DNA of 64,000 nucleotides from Selaginella moellendorffii (Eukaryota; Plantae; Lycopodiophyta): NCBI RefSeq assembly GCF_000143415.4, contig NW_003314403.1, positions 203,743 to 267,742 of the forward strand, read 5' to 3'. Shown piece by piece: positions 62,986 to 64,000 of this stretch (position 1 is its first letter; each line of letters starts with the position of its first letter). The notes under the pieces were generated by a model. It saw only the letters and a program-made list of their open reading frames with translations, ran no database searches and was not told where the DNA came from. The position numbers and the translations under genes were made by a program.

Positions 62986-63424
62986 GTATGTGTCGTTCCT
63001 ATTAATACAGCTCAAGCAAGTTGAGGAAGATTTGCGAAGCACAAAGGCAAAACATAAAGACTTTCAGAAGCAAGTTGTAAGAATCTCATGAGAACTGAGT
63101 TTTACAAACATACACGTTTTATCAGCCTTTTACTAAACCGGCCATAGTCTATTGTTTAGCAAGATTGGCCAAAGTTAATGTTATAAGCCTCATTATAATA
63201 AGAATAAAGCAGTGTCTACCTACTACCTTCTAAATCTCCTCAAAATATGTGCATACTTGCACACATCTTGGATAGGAGAAATCCCAACACATTGCAATGC
63301 AGTCCTGGCATGCTGCAAATTTGGAGAGCCAAGTGCTGAATTTCCTACAAAATAAAGAGTAGGATCTTGAAAGGCTTCTTGAATGTTCTTTCCTTGCTGC
63401 TCTACGGTTATCTAGCATGTTAGG

Positions 63425-63880
63425 TGAAAGTCTGTAAGAATTCACCAGCAATCGTCCAGTCTTGAGCATGTTGCTACCAACTCTAAAGCCATGTACAGTT
63501 GACCAGCTTCTAGCTTTGTATGAGCACTAGGTCATGGTGCAGGGATTTATCTGGGGAATCAACTCCTTCGATAATGGGGTGTGAACTCGGCAATGTAAAC
63601 TTGGCTTTTCATCATCTGAAACTAATTGAAAATCCAATCTTTTCAGGTGCTTGCATCCCGAGTTTGCATACAGATGAATGCTTCACAAACAAACGAAAGC
63701 CCATAGAATGATCTAATCATAGTTCACAATGCTGCTCAACCGTTATTTAAAGGTGAGAGAACTTGGACAGAGCATGACTTCATAACTTTTTGATAATGAG
63801 TGAGCTCTTGAGCTTTGCAGGTACATCACGGCTAAAGAACACAAGCAATCTGTGCTGCAGCACAACCCAACTTGCTGAAT
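63425..63880 (+). pseudogene. PGIC: Cytosolic glucose-6-phosphate isomerase 3' exons (pseudogene fragment)
   Basis: [39 protein letters not shown]..GCELG (cf. GINSFDQWGVELGK); next exon VLASRV..MLLNRYLK with frameshifts. Confidence 0.82.
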
Positions 63881-64000
63881 AATATCTTATTGCCAAATGT
63901 AACGAAGGAAAATGATTTAAGAAACAGATTCGGAAGAAGAGATGTTGGACTATCCTGTAGAATTTTTAAACTCAGTAACACCATCTGGAATGCCTCCACA

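Overview
Eukaryotic land-plant nuclear DNA. The very short (~50-60 bp) introns, dense gene packing, a PLS-type PPR gene and an axonemal TTLL9-like gene suggest a flagellate-sperm plant, most likely the lycophyte Selaginella (inference). Four N gaps: 1008-1107, 3669-3768, 5995-6094, 51931-52037. Layout: (1) 1-17.6 kb is a rearranged region with a PPR gene, hAT/Gypsy/Copia relics, and a local family of Crinkler/RHS-like (CR) genes. One CR gene reconstructs as intact, with 5 exons and ~800 aa (coiled-coil header, STAND-like P-loop NTPase, PD-(D/E)xK-type nuclease); three broken copies surround it. (2) 17.6-24 kb is a gene island: U6 snRNA with USE/TATA, CASP-like, fasciclin-like AGP, SDS22/PPP1R7-like LRR, Tim17/22/23-like. 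(3) 25-54.6 kb is a nested LTR-retrotransposon block resolvable by TSDs, including 5S-derived Cassandra TRIMs (one complete, two solo LTRs). (4) 55-64 kb is a gene island: rolling-stone/FAR-17a-like membrane protein, APS kinase, Hsp31-type DJ-1/PfpI, TTLL9-like, and ArfGAP-C2 and cytosolic PGI pseudogene fragments. The best candidate for an under-described system is the CR NTPase-nuclease gene cluster. All calls were made by eye, without database searches.
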